64,000 nucleotides of DNA from an uncultured delta proteobacterium (GTDB lineage: Bacteria; Myxococcota; Myxococcia; SLRQ01). Where the stretch lies: the NCBI GenBank assembly GCA_963727485.1, contig CAVSGM010000009.1, positions 155,009-219,008 of the forward strand. Direction: 5' to 3'. A program made the position numbers and the translations under genes. The notes below the pieces were generated by a model. It made no database searches. It was not told where the DNA came from and worked only from the letters and a program-made list of their open reading frames with translations. This document shows, piece after piece, positions 23,319 through 33,620 of this stretch. The first letter of the stretch is position 1. Each line of letters starts with the position of its first letter.

Positions 23319-24446
23319 ATGCGCCCCTTGAAGATCCTCAAGGTCGTCGACGCCTGGAAGTGGTTCGCCGAGGCGGAGCAGATGTACCAGGCGACCCTGG
23401 CCCTGGTGGACCGGGGCCACCGGGTGGCCATCGCCTGCCCGCCCGACTCCCCGGCGGCCGAGCGGGCGAAGGCCCTGGGCCTGCCGACCTATGGGCTCCC
23501 GGGCCTGCGCCACCCGCGGCTGCCCACCACGCCGCTGCTCAACGTGGCCCGGCTGGTGCGCGCGGTGGAGGACTTCGACCCCGACGTGGTCCACGCCTAC
23601 CGGAGCCCGCCCCACGTCCTCGCCGCCGCGGCCCTGGGCCTGGCCCATGGGCGGCCGGCGCTGGTGCGCACCCGGGCCGGCGCCCAGCCCATCACCCGCA
23701 ACGCCGCCAACCGCGCCCTCTACGATCGCCTCACCGCCGCCACCCTGGTGAGCAGCCAGGCGGTGCGCCGGGACATGGTCGACGCCGGCTTCGACCCGGC
23801 GCGCCTGGTCGCGGTCCCCACGGTGGTCGACCCGGCGCCCCTGGCCGGCGCCGACGGGGCCGCATTCCGGGCGCGCCTGGGCGTCGCCGACGACGTCCCG
23901 GTGGTCTCGGTGGTCGGGCGCCTCGCCGCGATCAAGGGGCACCGCCACCTGGTCGACGCCCTCCCCGCCCTCGTCGCCCGCCATCCGTCGCTCACGGTGT
24001 GCTTCGCCGGCCCCGAGGCCGACCTGGCCCCGGACACCCTGCGGGATCAGGCCCGCCGGCTCGGGGTCGAGACCCACCTGCGCCTCCTCGGCGAGGTCGA
24101 GGACGTGGGCCCGGTCCTCGCCGGGAGCGACGTGGTGGCCATCTGCTCGGTGGGCTCGGAGGTGATCTCGCGGATCCTCCTGGAGGCCATGGCCCTCGCC
24201 CGCCCGGTGGTCGCGACCACCGTGGGCGTCATCCCCGAGGTCGCCCGGGACCGGGAGACCGCGCGCCTGGTCCCCCCGGGAGATCCCGGGGCCCTCGCCG
24301 GCGCCATCGGCGACCTCCTCGCCGACCGGGCGGCGGCGGCGACCCTCGGCGAGGCGGCGGCGGCGGCGGTCCGGGCGGGCCACCTCCCCGCGCACCTCGC
24401 CGCGGCCCTCGAGGCGGTCTACGGCCGGGTGGCGCCGGGGCCCTGA
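23319..24446 (+). CDS. GT4 family glycosyltransferase (LPS-related)
   Basis: GT-B fold: VGRL..IKGH, SEVISRILLEAMA...PVVATTVGVIPE. Confidence 0.85.
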   Translation: MRPLKILKVVDAWKWFAEAEQMYQATLALVDRGHRVAIACPPDSPAAERAKALGLPTYGLPGLRHPRLPTTPLLNVARLVRAVEDFDPDVVHAYRSPPHVLAAAALGLAHGRPALVRTRAGAQPITRNAANRALYDRLTAATLVSSQAVRRDMVDAGFDPARLVAVPTVVDPAPLAGADGAAFRARLGVADDVPVVSVVGRLAAIKGHRHLVDALPALVARHPSLTVCFAGPEADLAPDTLRDQARRLGVETHLRLLGEVEDVGPVLAGSDVVAICSVGSEVISRILLEAMALARPVVATTVGVIPEVARDRETARLVPPGDPGALAGAIGDLLADRAAAATLGEAAAAAVRAGHLPAHLAAALEAVYGRVAPGP

Positions 24447-24513
24447 CCTGCGCGGATCGTCGCGCGGGTCCCCGCGCGGGCCGGGGCGGAGGCTGCCCGG
24501 GCCCCGACGGACG

Positions 24514-24547
24514 AAAAAAGGGCGGGCCGCCGTGAGGCGACCCGCCC
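24514..24547 (-). terminator. Intrinsic terminator downstream of usp
   Basis: GGGCGGG..CGCC-GTGA-GGCG..CCCGCCC hairpin with a minus-strand T6 tract. Confidence 0.7.
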
Positions 24548-24618
24548 GGGGAGAAATCGGGTGGTAGATGCCGGCCGTCCCCCGCGAGCAGCCGGCACCC
24601 AATCCCACCCGCTTCCGT

Positions 24619-25098
24619 TCAGGGCCGAAGCTCCAGGAGCTGCGCACCCTGCCCCATGTCCGGGACGAACACCGGGCGGTTCGCCCGCGCGCGCACGCGC
24701 TCGGCGACGCTCCCCAGCATCCACCGCGCCAGACCGCGGTGGTGCCGGGGACCCAGGACGATGGCATCGGCCTGCACCCTGCGGGCCTCCTCGAGGATCA
24801 CGATGGCGGGCTCGCCAAGCTGCAGGACCCCCTCCGCCGTCCCGCGGTCGACCGCCTCGCCAATGAGGCGCTCGAGCCGGAGCCGTGCGGTCTCCACCGC
24901 GTACTCCGCGAGCGCTTCCACCGAGGCATCCGCCTCCTCGGGTGACCGGCCCGCCAACATCGGCAGCCTGACCACGTGCAGCGCGGTCACGGTCCCCCCG
25001 GATGACCGCGCCAGCTCGAAGGCGCGCTTCAGTGTCAGCCCGCTGTGATCGCAGAGCGCGACCGCCGCGAGCACCCGTCTGTATCCCCCGTGTGCCAT
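24619..25098 (-). CDS. Universal stress protein (UspA family)
   Basis: YRRVLAAV, LHVV, GEPA..ILEEA....AD.IVLG, LGSVAERV...A.RPVFV. Confidence 0.88.
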   Translation of the reverse strand: MAHGGYRRVLAAVALCDHSGLTLKRAFELARSSGGTVTALHVVRLPMLAGRSPEEADASVEALAEYAVETARLRLERLIGEAVDRGTAEGVLQLGEPAIVILEEARRVQADAIVLGPRHHRGLARWMLGSVAERVRARANRPVFVPDMGQGAQLLELRP

Positions 25099-25119
25099 GT
25101 TCACCCCCGCCGGCTACCC

Positions 25120-25135
25120 ATCAAGAACCGTGCCC
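25120..25135 (-). promoter_or_regulatory. sigma54-like promoter of usp
   Basis: GGGCAC-GGTTC-TTGAT versus consensus TGGCAC-N5-TTGCW. Confidence 0.5.
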
Positions 25136-25225
25136 GGTCCCGAGGCGTTCCCGAGGGCGCTTTTTCGCCCGTTCGCGGCAAGCGGTGCCCTGCGTGGGGT
25201 CCACGGCGTGCACATCGTGCCGGGG

Positions 25226-26656
<1,431 letters not shown>

Positions 26657-26838
26657 AGCCCCCCGAGAATCACCCACGTAGGGTCGGGAGCCATGAACAG
26701 CAACCCCCAATCCCTCTCGGGTACCTCCCCCTGCGCGGTACTCCCCCTAGGCAGGGTCTGCACCGTGACGAAGGAAATCTAGCACACGGGACCTCCCAAG
26801 CACATGGGGTCTTCCCGACCCGCGGGCCGGTGGCGACG

Positions 26839-26854
26839 TGGCACATGGCGTGCA
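26839..26854 (+). promoter_or_regulatory. sigma54 promoter upstream of the hemerythrin-like gene
   Basis: TGGCAC-ATGGC-GTGCA with -24 GG and -12 GC correctly spaced, about 25 nt before ATG 26879. Confidence 0.65.
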
Positions 26855-26878
26855 GAAAGTATCCGCAAGGGGGACGTG

Positions 26879-27341
26879 ATGCAGACACAACCGCAGACGC
26901 AGCAACGGGGTCGGCGGCGGCGGGGGCGGCGGGTGCCGGATCTCTGGGTGCTCCTGGCACGGATTCGAGTGGGGGCTCCGGCCGCCGGGGGTGCTCTCGG
27001 CGAGCCAGCAGCCGTGGCTCGCCGCGCAGCTTCGGGACCTGGAGCGGATGCTCGACGCTCGCTTTGCCGAGGAGGAGGACGCCTCGCCGCTCTACCGCGA
27101 GGTGCCGATCCAGGAGCCTCGCCTCGCACCCCACGTCGAGACCCTGCGCCGGGACCACCCGACCCTCCGGGGCTGGCTCCACCGCCTGGTGGAGGTGGCC
27201 AGCCTGCCCCCGGACCCGGTGCTCCTCGCCACCCTCACCGCCGAGGTCCGCGACCTGCTCCGGGCGGTGCGACGGCACGAGCGCTCCGAGGAGGAGACCC
27301 TCCAGGACGCGGTGGGGACCGACATCCCCGCGACCGACTGA
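26879..27341 (+). CDS. Hemerythrin-like helical protein, apparently frameshifted at a G-run near 26971-26991
   Basis: C-terminal frame has RFAEEE, LRRDH, RHERSEEE; SD-preceded ATG 26879 joins it if one G is removed. Confidence 0.6.
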
Positions 27342-27371
27342 CCCGCGCCCCGCCCCCGAGGACCGGGCGCC

Positions 27372-27866
27372 CTACCCGCCCTTGAGGCGCGCGAGGAGGT
27401 CGGAGGTGGCGTGGTCCTTGGGGTCGCCGGCGATGGCGACCCGGCCGCCGACGGCGCGCACCGCCTCGGCCTCGGGGACGGTGTCCTCGGTGTAGTCGGT
27501 GCCCTTCACGTGGAGGTCCGGGCGCACCGCCTCGATGACCGGGACCACGTCGAGGGTGTCGAAGACCACCACGTGGTCCACGCAGCCCAGGGCGGCGACG
27601 AGCTCGGCGCGCTCGCCCTCGGGGACCACCGGGCGCCCCTCCCCCTTGAGGGCGCGCACCGAGGTGTCGGCGTTCACCGCGACCACCAGGACGTCGGCCA
27701 GCGCCCGCGCGCCCTCGAGGTAGCGGACGTGGCCCACGTGGAGGAGGTCGAAGGCCCCGTTGGCGAGCGCCACCGTGCGGCCGGCCTCGCGGTGGGCCCG
27801 GCAGGCGTCGGCGACGGCGGCCAGGGAGGCAATCTTTTCCCGGCTCGAGGCGAGCGAGGGGGCCAT
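27372..27866 (-). CDS. rfaE2: D-glycero-beta-D-manno-heptose 1-phosphate adenylyltransferase (RfaE domain II)
   Basis: NGAFDLLHVGHVRYL, VNADTSV..LKG..RP, KGTDY. Confidence 0.9.
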   Translation of the reverse strand: MAPSLASSREKIASLAAVADACRAHREAGRTVALANGAFDLLHVGHVRYLEGARALADVLVVAVNADTSVRALKGEGRPVVPEGERAELVAALGCVDHVVVFDTLDVVPVIEAVRPDLHVKGTDYTEDTVPEAEAVRAVGGRVAIAGDPKDHATSDLLARLKGG

Positions 27867-28876
27867 CAGGGGACCTCCGTGCCGCCGGCGAGGGCGTCGG
27901 CAAGCTCTGCCGGGTCCAGGGTGGCGGTCCCAGGCTTCTGGACCACCAGGCCCCCGGCGACGTTGGCGAGGCGCGCGGCCACGGGCCACCCGGCCCCGGC
28001 GGCGGCGGCGGCGGCGAGGGTGGCGAGCACCGTGTCCCCGGCGCCGGTGACGTCCACCGCCTCGGGGGGCCCGAAGACCGGGAGGTGCAGGGCCCGGCCG
28101 GTGCGCGGCTGGAAGGTGAGGCCGGCGTGGCCCCGGGTGACCAGCACCGCCTCGACCCCCAGGTGCCGGGCGAGGTGGCGGGCTGCCCGGGCGGCGCTGG
28201 CGGCGTCGGTCACCCGGCGGCCGCTGGCGGCCTCGAGCTCGGGGGTGTTGGGCTTGAGGAGGGTGGCGCCGGCGTAGCGCGGGAGGTCGTAGCGCGAGTC
28301 CACCAGCAGCGGCGTGTCGCCGGCGGCGCGGCAGAGGTCCCGGACCAGGGGCCGGGCGAGGGCCCCGAGGCCGTAGTCGGAGACCACCACCACGTCGGCC
28401 CGGGGGAGCGCCTTCGCCACCGCGGCCCGGAGGCGCGCCACCGCGTCCGGGGGGACCTCGTGCCCATTGGCGCCGCGGTCGAGGCGGAGGACCTGCTGGG
28501 GCGTGGTGGACAGGCCGCCGGCGAGGATCCGGGTCTTGGTGGCCGTGGGGTGGCCCGGCACCCGGACCACGCCGGACACCGAGGCGCCGCGATCCCGGAG
28601 CCGCCCGACGAGCTCGGCGCCGGCCTCGTCGTCGCCCACCACCCCGACCACGGTGCACCGGGCGCCGTAGGCGCGGAGGCCGGCGGCGACGTTGGCGGCG
28701 CCCCCGAGGACCCGCTCCCGGCGCGTCTCCCGGACCACCACCACCGGGGCCTCGCGGCTGATGCGGTCGGACAGACCGTAGACGTACTCGTCGAGGACGA
28801 GGTCCCCAACCAGGAGCACCCTGGCGCGCTCGAGCTTCGCGGGCCAGGGTGCGAGGGCGTCGGTGGCACGGGCCAT
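27866..28876 (-). CDS. rfaE1: D-glycero-beta-D-manno-heptose-7-phosphate kinase (RfaE domain I, PfkB)
   Basis: VGDLVLDEY..RISREAPV, GGAANVA, SDYG.G, KPNTPE, DVTGAGDTV. Confidence 0.9.
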   Translation of the reverse strand: MARATDALAPWPAKLERARVLLVGDLVLDEYVYGLSDRISREAPVVVVRETRRERVLGGAANVAAGLRAYGARCTVVGVVGDDEAGAELVGRLRDRGASVSGVVRVPGHPTATKTRILAGGLSTTPQQVLRLDRGANGHEVPPDAVARLRAAVAKALPRADVVVVSDYGLGALARPLVRDLCRAAGDTPLLVDSRYDLPRYAGATLLKPNTPELEAASGRRVTDAASAARAARHLARHLGVEAVLVTRGHAGLTFQPRTGRALHLPVFGPPEAVDVTGAGDTVLATLAAAAAAGAGWPVAARLANVAGGLVVQKPGTATLDPAELADALAGGTEVP

Positions 28877-28924
28877 GGCCGGGTCGTAGCCGATGGCCCG
28901 GCCCCGGTCAAACGCGCGCGCGCA

Positions 28925-30352
28925 TCACACCCGGGCTTCGGAGGCGTCCGCCCCCGGCGGCGGGTAGACTGCGCCGGACGTGGGCCGGGGCTGGTTGCCG
29001 AAGCGGGCGAGGATCACCGAGCCCACGCCGGCCAGCGACGCCACCAACCCGACGATGGCCCCGATCCAGCCCACCCAGGGGAGCTGGGCGAAGAGGGTCA
29101 CCCCGAAGAACACCGCGGTGCCCAGGAGCAGGTCGATGGCCGGGGTGTGGCGCATCTGCGGCAGGAGGCGGCGGCCCACGGCCATGCCGATCACCGTCCA
29201 CCCGGCGAAGAAGATCGCCGCGTAGGCGAGGAGGAGCACCGGGATCACCAGGATGCCGATGACGCTCACCGCCAGGAGGATCACCAGGGGCACGAAGGCC
29301 AGCGCCGCGAGGAAGCCCGCCAGCAGCGCCTTGCCCGGGGTGGTCGCCAGCGGCCGGCGCATCCGGTCCACGCGCCGGGGGAGCATGGCGATGAGGAGCA
29401 GGCCGACGACCAGGATCACCACCGCCTGCACCGTCGCCATCAGGATGGAGAGGAAGAAGCGCGCCACCGGGCCCGGCCCGCCCTCCTCGGCGGCGGCGTG
29501 GCCGATCGCCCGGCCGAGGTGGCCGAGGCCCGGGACCTTGGGGCCGATGCCCACCCGCGAGCCATGGATGGTGGCGCCCGGGTCCACGTCGATGGAGCCG
29601 CCGAAGGTGCTGGTGTCGCCCATCACCGTGGCGCCCTTGGACACGTGGACCGAGCCGCCGAAGGCGACCACGTCGCCCTGGACGGTGACGTCCGGCTCGA
29701 TCTCCACGGTGCCCCCGAAGGCCACCGCGTCGCCATGGACCACCGCGCCCGTCTTCACGGTGACGGTGCCGCCGAAGGCGACCACGTCCTTCACGTCCTC
29801 GCCGGCGGTGACGGTGATGCTGTTACCCATGGCCACCCGGTCCCGGGGGTCGTTGCCGAGGCCCCGGGGCAGGTGGGGCACCTTGGGCATGCCGGGCACC
29901 TTGGGCATGTCGGGCATCTTGGGCATGTCGGGCATCTTCGGCATCGGGGGCATGGGCGGCATGGCGCCCGGAGCGGTCCCCGAGGCGCCGCCGCCCGCCC
30001 CGCCCGCCCCGCCCGCCTTGGCCGCCTTGGCGGCCTTGGCGGCCTTGGCGGCCTTGGCGGCCTCGGCGGCGGCGCGGGCCTCGGCGGCGTGGCTGGCGGC
30101 CTCCGCCTGGGCCTCGGCGGCCTCGGCGGCCTTCTGCGCCTTCGCGGCCTCGAGGGCCTTGGCCTCGGCGACGGCCTTGGCCTTGGCGGCGGCGGCCCGG
30201 GCGGCCTCGAGGTGGGCCTGGGCCGCCTGGTCGTCGGCCTGGGCGGCCTGGGCGGTCTGGGCGGTCTGGGTGGCGGCGCCCCCGCCCTGGGCGAGGGCCG
30301 GGGTGCCGACGGCGGCCGCGGCGAGGAGGATGGCGAAGGTTCGGATCATCAT
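28925..30352 (-). CDS. Membrane protein: signal peptide, Ala/Lys- and Pro/Met-rich repeats, bactofilin-like beta-helix repeats, multi-TM C-terminus
   Basis: Four 19-aa repeats (GD.V.FGG.V.V...A.V), (AAK)n and (PKMPDM)n tracts, about 5-6 TM segments. Confidence 0.75.
   Translation of the reverse strand: MMIRTFAILLAAAAVGTPALAQGGGAATQTAQTAQAAQADDQAAQAHLEAARAAAAKAKAVAEAKALEAAKAQKAAEAAEAQAEAASHAAEARAAAEAAKAAKAAKAAKAAKAGGAGGAGGGASGTAPGAMPPMPPMPKMPDMPKMPDMPKVPGMPKVPHLPRGLGNDPRDRVAMGNSITVTAGEDVKDVVAFGGTVTVKTGAVVHGDAVAFGGTVEIEPDVTVQGDVVAFGGSVHVSKGATVMGDTSTFGGSIDVDPGATIHGSRVGIGPKVPGLGHLGRAIGHAAAEEGGPGPVARFFLSILMATVQAVVILVVGLLLIAMLPRRVDRMRRPLATTPGKALLAGFLAALAFVPLVILLAVSVIGILVIPVLLLAYAAIFFAGWTVIGMAVGRRLLPQMRHTPAIDLLLGTAVFFGVTLFAQLPWVGWIGAIVGLVASLAGVGSVILARFGNQPRPTSGAVYPPPGADASEARV
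29875..30070. repeat. In-frame 9-nt tandem repeats within the CDS
   Basis: GGGCATGTC/GGGCATCTT-type units (PKM/PDM) at about 29875-29960 and (GCCTTGGCG)n (AKA) at about 30015-30065. Confidence 0.7.
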
Positions 30353-30377
30353 GGGGACCTCAAGGGTGATTCGGACG

Positions 30378-30905
30378 TCAGGCGATGTCGGCCATGGGCT
30401 CGGCCTGCATCCCGCGCACGAGGCGGGTGAAGCCGAAGGCCAGGAGGCCAAGGAAGAGGAGCTGGGCGATGACCAGGGACGCCCCGGCGACCGGGGGCAG
30501 GGCCCCGAGGAGGTCGCCGAGGTAGGTCTGGACCTTGGCCACCGAGGCGAAGGCCTGGGCGCCGTCGACCAGGACGCCGGCGACGGTGCCGCCCCCCAGA
30601 AGCCAGGCGACCCCCAGGCCGACGGTGGCGAGGACCGCGGCGAGGCCGGCGAGGAGGGGCACCCGCGAGGGATGGGTCTGTGGCGCCACCGCGGCCTCGA
30701 CCCGGGCCATGACCTCGGGGACGAAGGCGGCGTCGGGGACCGGATCGACGAGCTCGTCGAGGCCCGCGAAGAGGACCCGGTAGGCGTCCACGGCCTCGGC
30801 GCAGCGGTCGCAGGTCACCACGTGGGACCGGGCGGCGTCGTCCTCGAGACCCGCGGCGAGGGCCTGGAGGAGCTCATCGTCGAGGTGGAGGGTGTCGGTG
30901 GTCAT
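30378..30905 (-). CDS. Zinc-binding (ZAS) anti-sigma factor, membrane anchored
   Basis: HxxxCxxC (HVVTCDRC) followed by two TM segments; overlaps the ECF sigma stop. Confidence 0.8.
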   Translation of the reverse strand: MTTDTLHLDDELLQALAAGLEDDAARSHVVTCDRCAEAVDAYRVLFAGLDELVDPVPDAAFVPEVMARVEAAVAPQTHPSRVPLLAGLAAVLATVGLGVAWLLGGGTVAGVLVDGAQAFASVAKVQTYLGDLLGALPPVAGASLVIAQLLFLGLLAFGFTRLVRGMQAEPMADIA

Positions 30906-31516
30906 CGGGTCACTCCTTCGGCGGCCAGGGCGTCCTTGAGGGCCGCCCGGGCCCGGTACAGCCAGGTCATCACCGTCCCCTGGGGACGGCCGAGGATCTC
31001 GGCGATCTCCTTCACCGGCCGCTCCTGGACGTGGTGCAGGACCACGACCTCGCGGTAGTTCTCCGGGAGCGCGGCCAGGGCGGCCTCGAGGCGCCCGCCC
31101 TCCTGGCTGGCGACGAGGCTCTCCTCGGCGTCGGGGGCGGCGTCGGCGAGGCGCCCCAGGGTCAGCTCGGGATCGTCCGGCGCCACGTCGCCCTTGCGCA
31201 CCGCCCGGCGCCGGGCCCGGTCGCGGACCTGGTTCCTGGCGATGGTCAGGATCCAGGGCGCGAAGGCCCGCTCGGGATCGTAGCGGTCGAGGTTGAGGAA
31301 CGCCTTCACGAAGACCTCCTGGGCGATGTCCCGGGCCTCCTCGGGTCTCCCGAGGAGCCGGACCGCCAGGCCGTAGACGGGGCGCTGGTAGCGCTGGACG
31401 AGGACCTCGAAGGCCCGCCGGTCCCCGTCCCGGGCCCGGAGGCAGAGATCCGCGTCGGATGGGGGGTTGTCCTCCACCCTGGGGTCCAACACGGGACGCT
31501 CGATGCGCGCTGCCAT
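30902..31516 (-). CDS. ECF sigma factor (SigW/RpoE-like)
   Basis: Region 2 DIAQEVFVKAF..WILTIARN, region 4 EIAEILGRPQGTVMTWLYRAR. Confidence 0.92.
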   Translation of the reverse strand: MAARIERPVLDPRVEDNPPSDADLCLRARDGDRRAFEVLVQRYQRPVYGLAVRLLGRPEEARDIAQEVFVKAFLNLDRYDPERAFAPWILTIARNQVRDRARRRAVRKGDVAPDDPELTLGRLADAAPDAEESLVASQEGGRLEAALAALPENYREVVVLHHVQERPVKEIAEILGRPQGTVMTWLYRARAALKDALAAEGVTR

Positions 31517-31535
31517 TGCCCACACACCCCGTTCC

Positions 31536-31561
31536 TACGCACCCGCCCCGGGGCCATTTCA
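31536..31561 (-). promoter_or_regulatory. ECF (SigW-type) autoregulatory promoter
   Basis: TGAAAT-N16-CGTA about 20 nt upstream of the sigma ATG; SigW consensus is TGAAAC-N16-CGTA. Confidence 0.65.
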
Positions 31562-31644
31562 CCAGCCGGCCCCCGGGCCGCGCCCAGGGGTGGGATCGTT
31601 CCCGCCGTTGGCGACGAGAGTCTAGGCGATCCGGTGGGTTCGGG

Positions 31645-32499
31645 CTACGCGGGCCGGGTCTTCCACCGCCGGTGGAGCCAGAGCCAGTGGTCCGGGTAGC
31701 GGCGGATCCAGTCCTCGAGGATGGCGTTGAGGCGGGCGGTGTTGTGGCGGACGTTCTCCGCCCGGTCCTCCGACACCTGCTCGTAGGTGTAGGGCTCGAC
31801 CACCAGCCGGTGGCGCCCCCCGGGGAGGCGGACGGCGAAGGCGGTGACGATGGGGGCGCCGGTGCGCTCGGCCATCACCGCCGGGACCGTGAGGGTCGAC
31901 GCCAGGGTCCCGAAGAAGGGCACGAAGATGCCCCTCGGGGGCCGCATGTTCTGGTCGATGACCACCCCCAGGACCTCGTTGCGCCGGAGGACCTGGAGGA
32001 TCTGGCGCACCGAGTTCCGGTCGGGGATCTCGTGGAGCCCCGCCTGCCGCCGCGCGTCCTTCCAGTAGGCGTTGATCTTCCGCTGGCTCATCTTCCGGGT
32101 GATGACGTGGAGCGGGAGCCCCAGGATCGCCGTGGCGGTGGCGAGCATCTCCCAGTTGCCGAAGTGGGCGGTGGCGACGATGAGGCCCTTGCCCTCGGCG
32201 AGCGCCGCCTCGGCGTGGTGCCAGCCCTCGATCTCGAAGGTCTCCCGGACCTCCTCGGGGGTCATCCGCGGGGAGCGGAGGAACTCCACGGTCAGCAGGC
32301 CGAGGTTCCGGTAGGTGCGCCGGGCGATCTCCACCCGCTCGGCCTCGGTCTTCTCGGGGAAGGCCCGGCGGAGGTTGTCGAGGACGATGCCCCGGCGGAT
32401 GCGGAGCACGTGGAAGGTGAGGGCGCCGACCGCGCGGCCGATGGCGAGGCACACGGCCAGCGGCAGGGCGTGGAAGAACCAGGTGATGAAGCGCCCCAT
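31645..32499 (-). CDS. lpxL: Lipid A late acyltransferase (LpxL/HtrB family)
   Basis: HFGNWE, DQ..G.FVPFFG, PDHWLWLHRRWK. Confidence 0.88.
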   Translation of the reverse strand: MGRFITWFFHALPLAVCLAIGRAVGALTFHVLRIRRGIVLDNLRRAFPEKTEAERVEIARRTYRNLGLLTVEFLRSPRMTPEEVRETFEIEGWHHAEAALAEGKGLIVATAHFGNWEMLATATAILGLPLHVITRKMSQRKINAYWKDARRQAGLHEIPDRNSVRQILQVLRRNEVLGVVIDQNMRPPRGIFVPFFGTLASTLTVPAVMAERTGAPIVTAFAVRLPGGRHRLVVEPYTYEQVSEDRAENVRHNTARLNAILEDWIRRYPDHWLWLHRRWKTRPA

Positions 32500-33620
32500 C
32501 ACCGGCCCTCCGCCCCGGCCCTGGCCGCCAGGCCCGAGAGGGCCGCCGCCAGGGCCGCCTCGCCCTCGAGGAGCTCGACGTCCACCCGCAGGGCCCGGAC
32601 CTCGCCGGCGCCGGCGCCCAGGCGCGCGGCGTCCTTCTCGGTGGTGACGATCCGGGCGCCGGCGGCCTCGGCCTCGGCGCGGACGGCCTCGAGCTCGGCG
32701 GCGGCGAAGCGGTGGTGGTCCGGGAAGCGGGCCTCGGCGACCACCTCGGCGCCGAGGGCCTCGAGGGTGCGCCGGAACCCCTCGGGCCGGGCGATCCCCG
32801 ACAGCGCCAGGACCCGGGCGCCGGCGAGGGCGTCCACGGGCTCGGTGGCCCCTCCGGCGACGTCGACCAGGGCGGTGGGGCGGTACCGGCTGCGGACCAC
32901 CGGCAGGCCCCGGGCCTCTGCCTCGGCGAGGAGGGCGTCGAGGCCCGGCCCCGGGCGGTCGGCCCGGGAGAGCCACACCAGGTGGGCCCGGTCCAGGGCC
33001 TCGATCCCCTCGCGGAGGGGGCCGGCGGGGAGGCGCCGGCCGTTGCCCAGCGGCGCCGAGGCGTCGAGGACCACCAGGTCCAGGTCCCGGTGGAGGCGCC
33101 GGTGCTGGAGCCCGTCGTCGAGGAGACACACGGTGGCCCCGTGGTCCCGGACCGCGCGCTCGGCGAGGGCGGCGCGATCCGGGCCGGCGAGGACCACCAG
33201 GGCCGGGAGGCGCCGGGCGAGGAGGGTCGGCTCGTCGCCGGCCTCGGACGCGTCGAGGCAGGGGCCGTCCCCGGCGCAGACGACCCGCGCCCGGTTCACG
33301 GTGGCCCCGTAGCCCCGGGTGAGGACCGCCGGCCGGGCGCCCCGGGCGAGGAGGCGCTCGGCGAGGGCGAGGACCACCGGGGTCTTCCCGGCGCCGCCGA
33401 CGGCGAGGTTCCCGACGCTCAAGACCGGCACCGGGGCGCGGCTGACCGGCAGGAGCCCCCGGTCGTAGGCGGCGCCCCGGAGGCGGGCGGCGGCGCCGAA
33501 GGCCCACCCGGCGGGCGCCAGGGCGCCGAGGAGGAGCCGGGCGCCGGAGCTCGGCGCCGGGTCGTACCACGCCTCGGCGAGGCGGCCGCCGGCGCCCGGG
33601 TGGCCCGCCCCCCGGCTCAT
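32499..33620 (-). CDS. lpxK: Tetraacyldisaccharide 4'-kinase
   Basis: VGNLAVGGAGKTP, TRGYG, GDEP, LDDGLQH, LPAGPLRE, FPDHH, TTEKDA. Confidence 0.95.
   Translation of the reverse strand: MSRGAGHPGAGGRLAEAWYDPAPSSGARLLLGALAPAGWAFGAAARLRGAAYDRGLLPVSRAPVPVLSVGNLAVGGAGKTPVVLALAERLLARGARPAVLTRGYGATVNRARVVCAGDGPCLDASEAGDEPTLLARRLPALVVLAGPDRAALAERAVRDHGATVCLLDDGLQHRRLHRDLDLVVLDASAPLGNGRRLPAGPLREGIEALDRAHLVWLSRADRPGPGLDALLAEAEARGLPVVRSRYRPTALVDVAGGATEPVDALAGARVLALSGIARPEGFRRTLEALGAEVVAEARFPDHHRFAAAELEAVRAEAEAAGARIVTTEKDAARLGAGAGEVRALRVDVELLEGEAALAAALSGLAARAGAEGR

Noticed and set aside
29875..30070. Tandem repeats as a possible CRISPR array or VNTR element
   Set aside because: In-frame 9-nt units with no spacers and no cas genes; they encode low-complexity protein linkers
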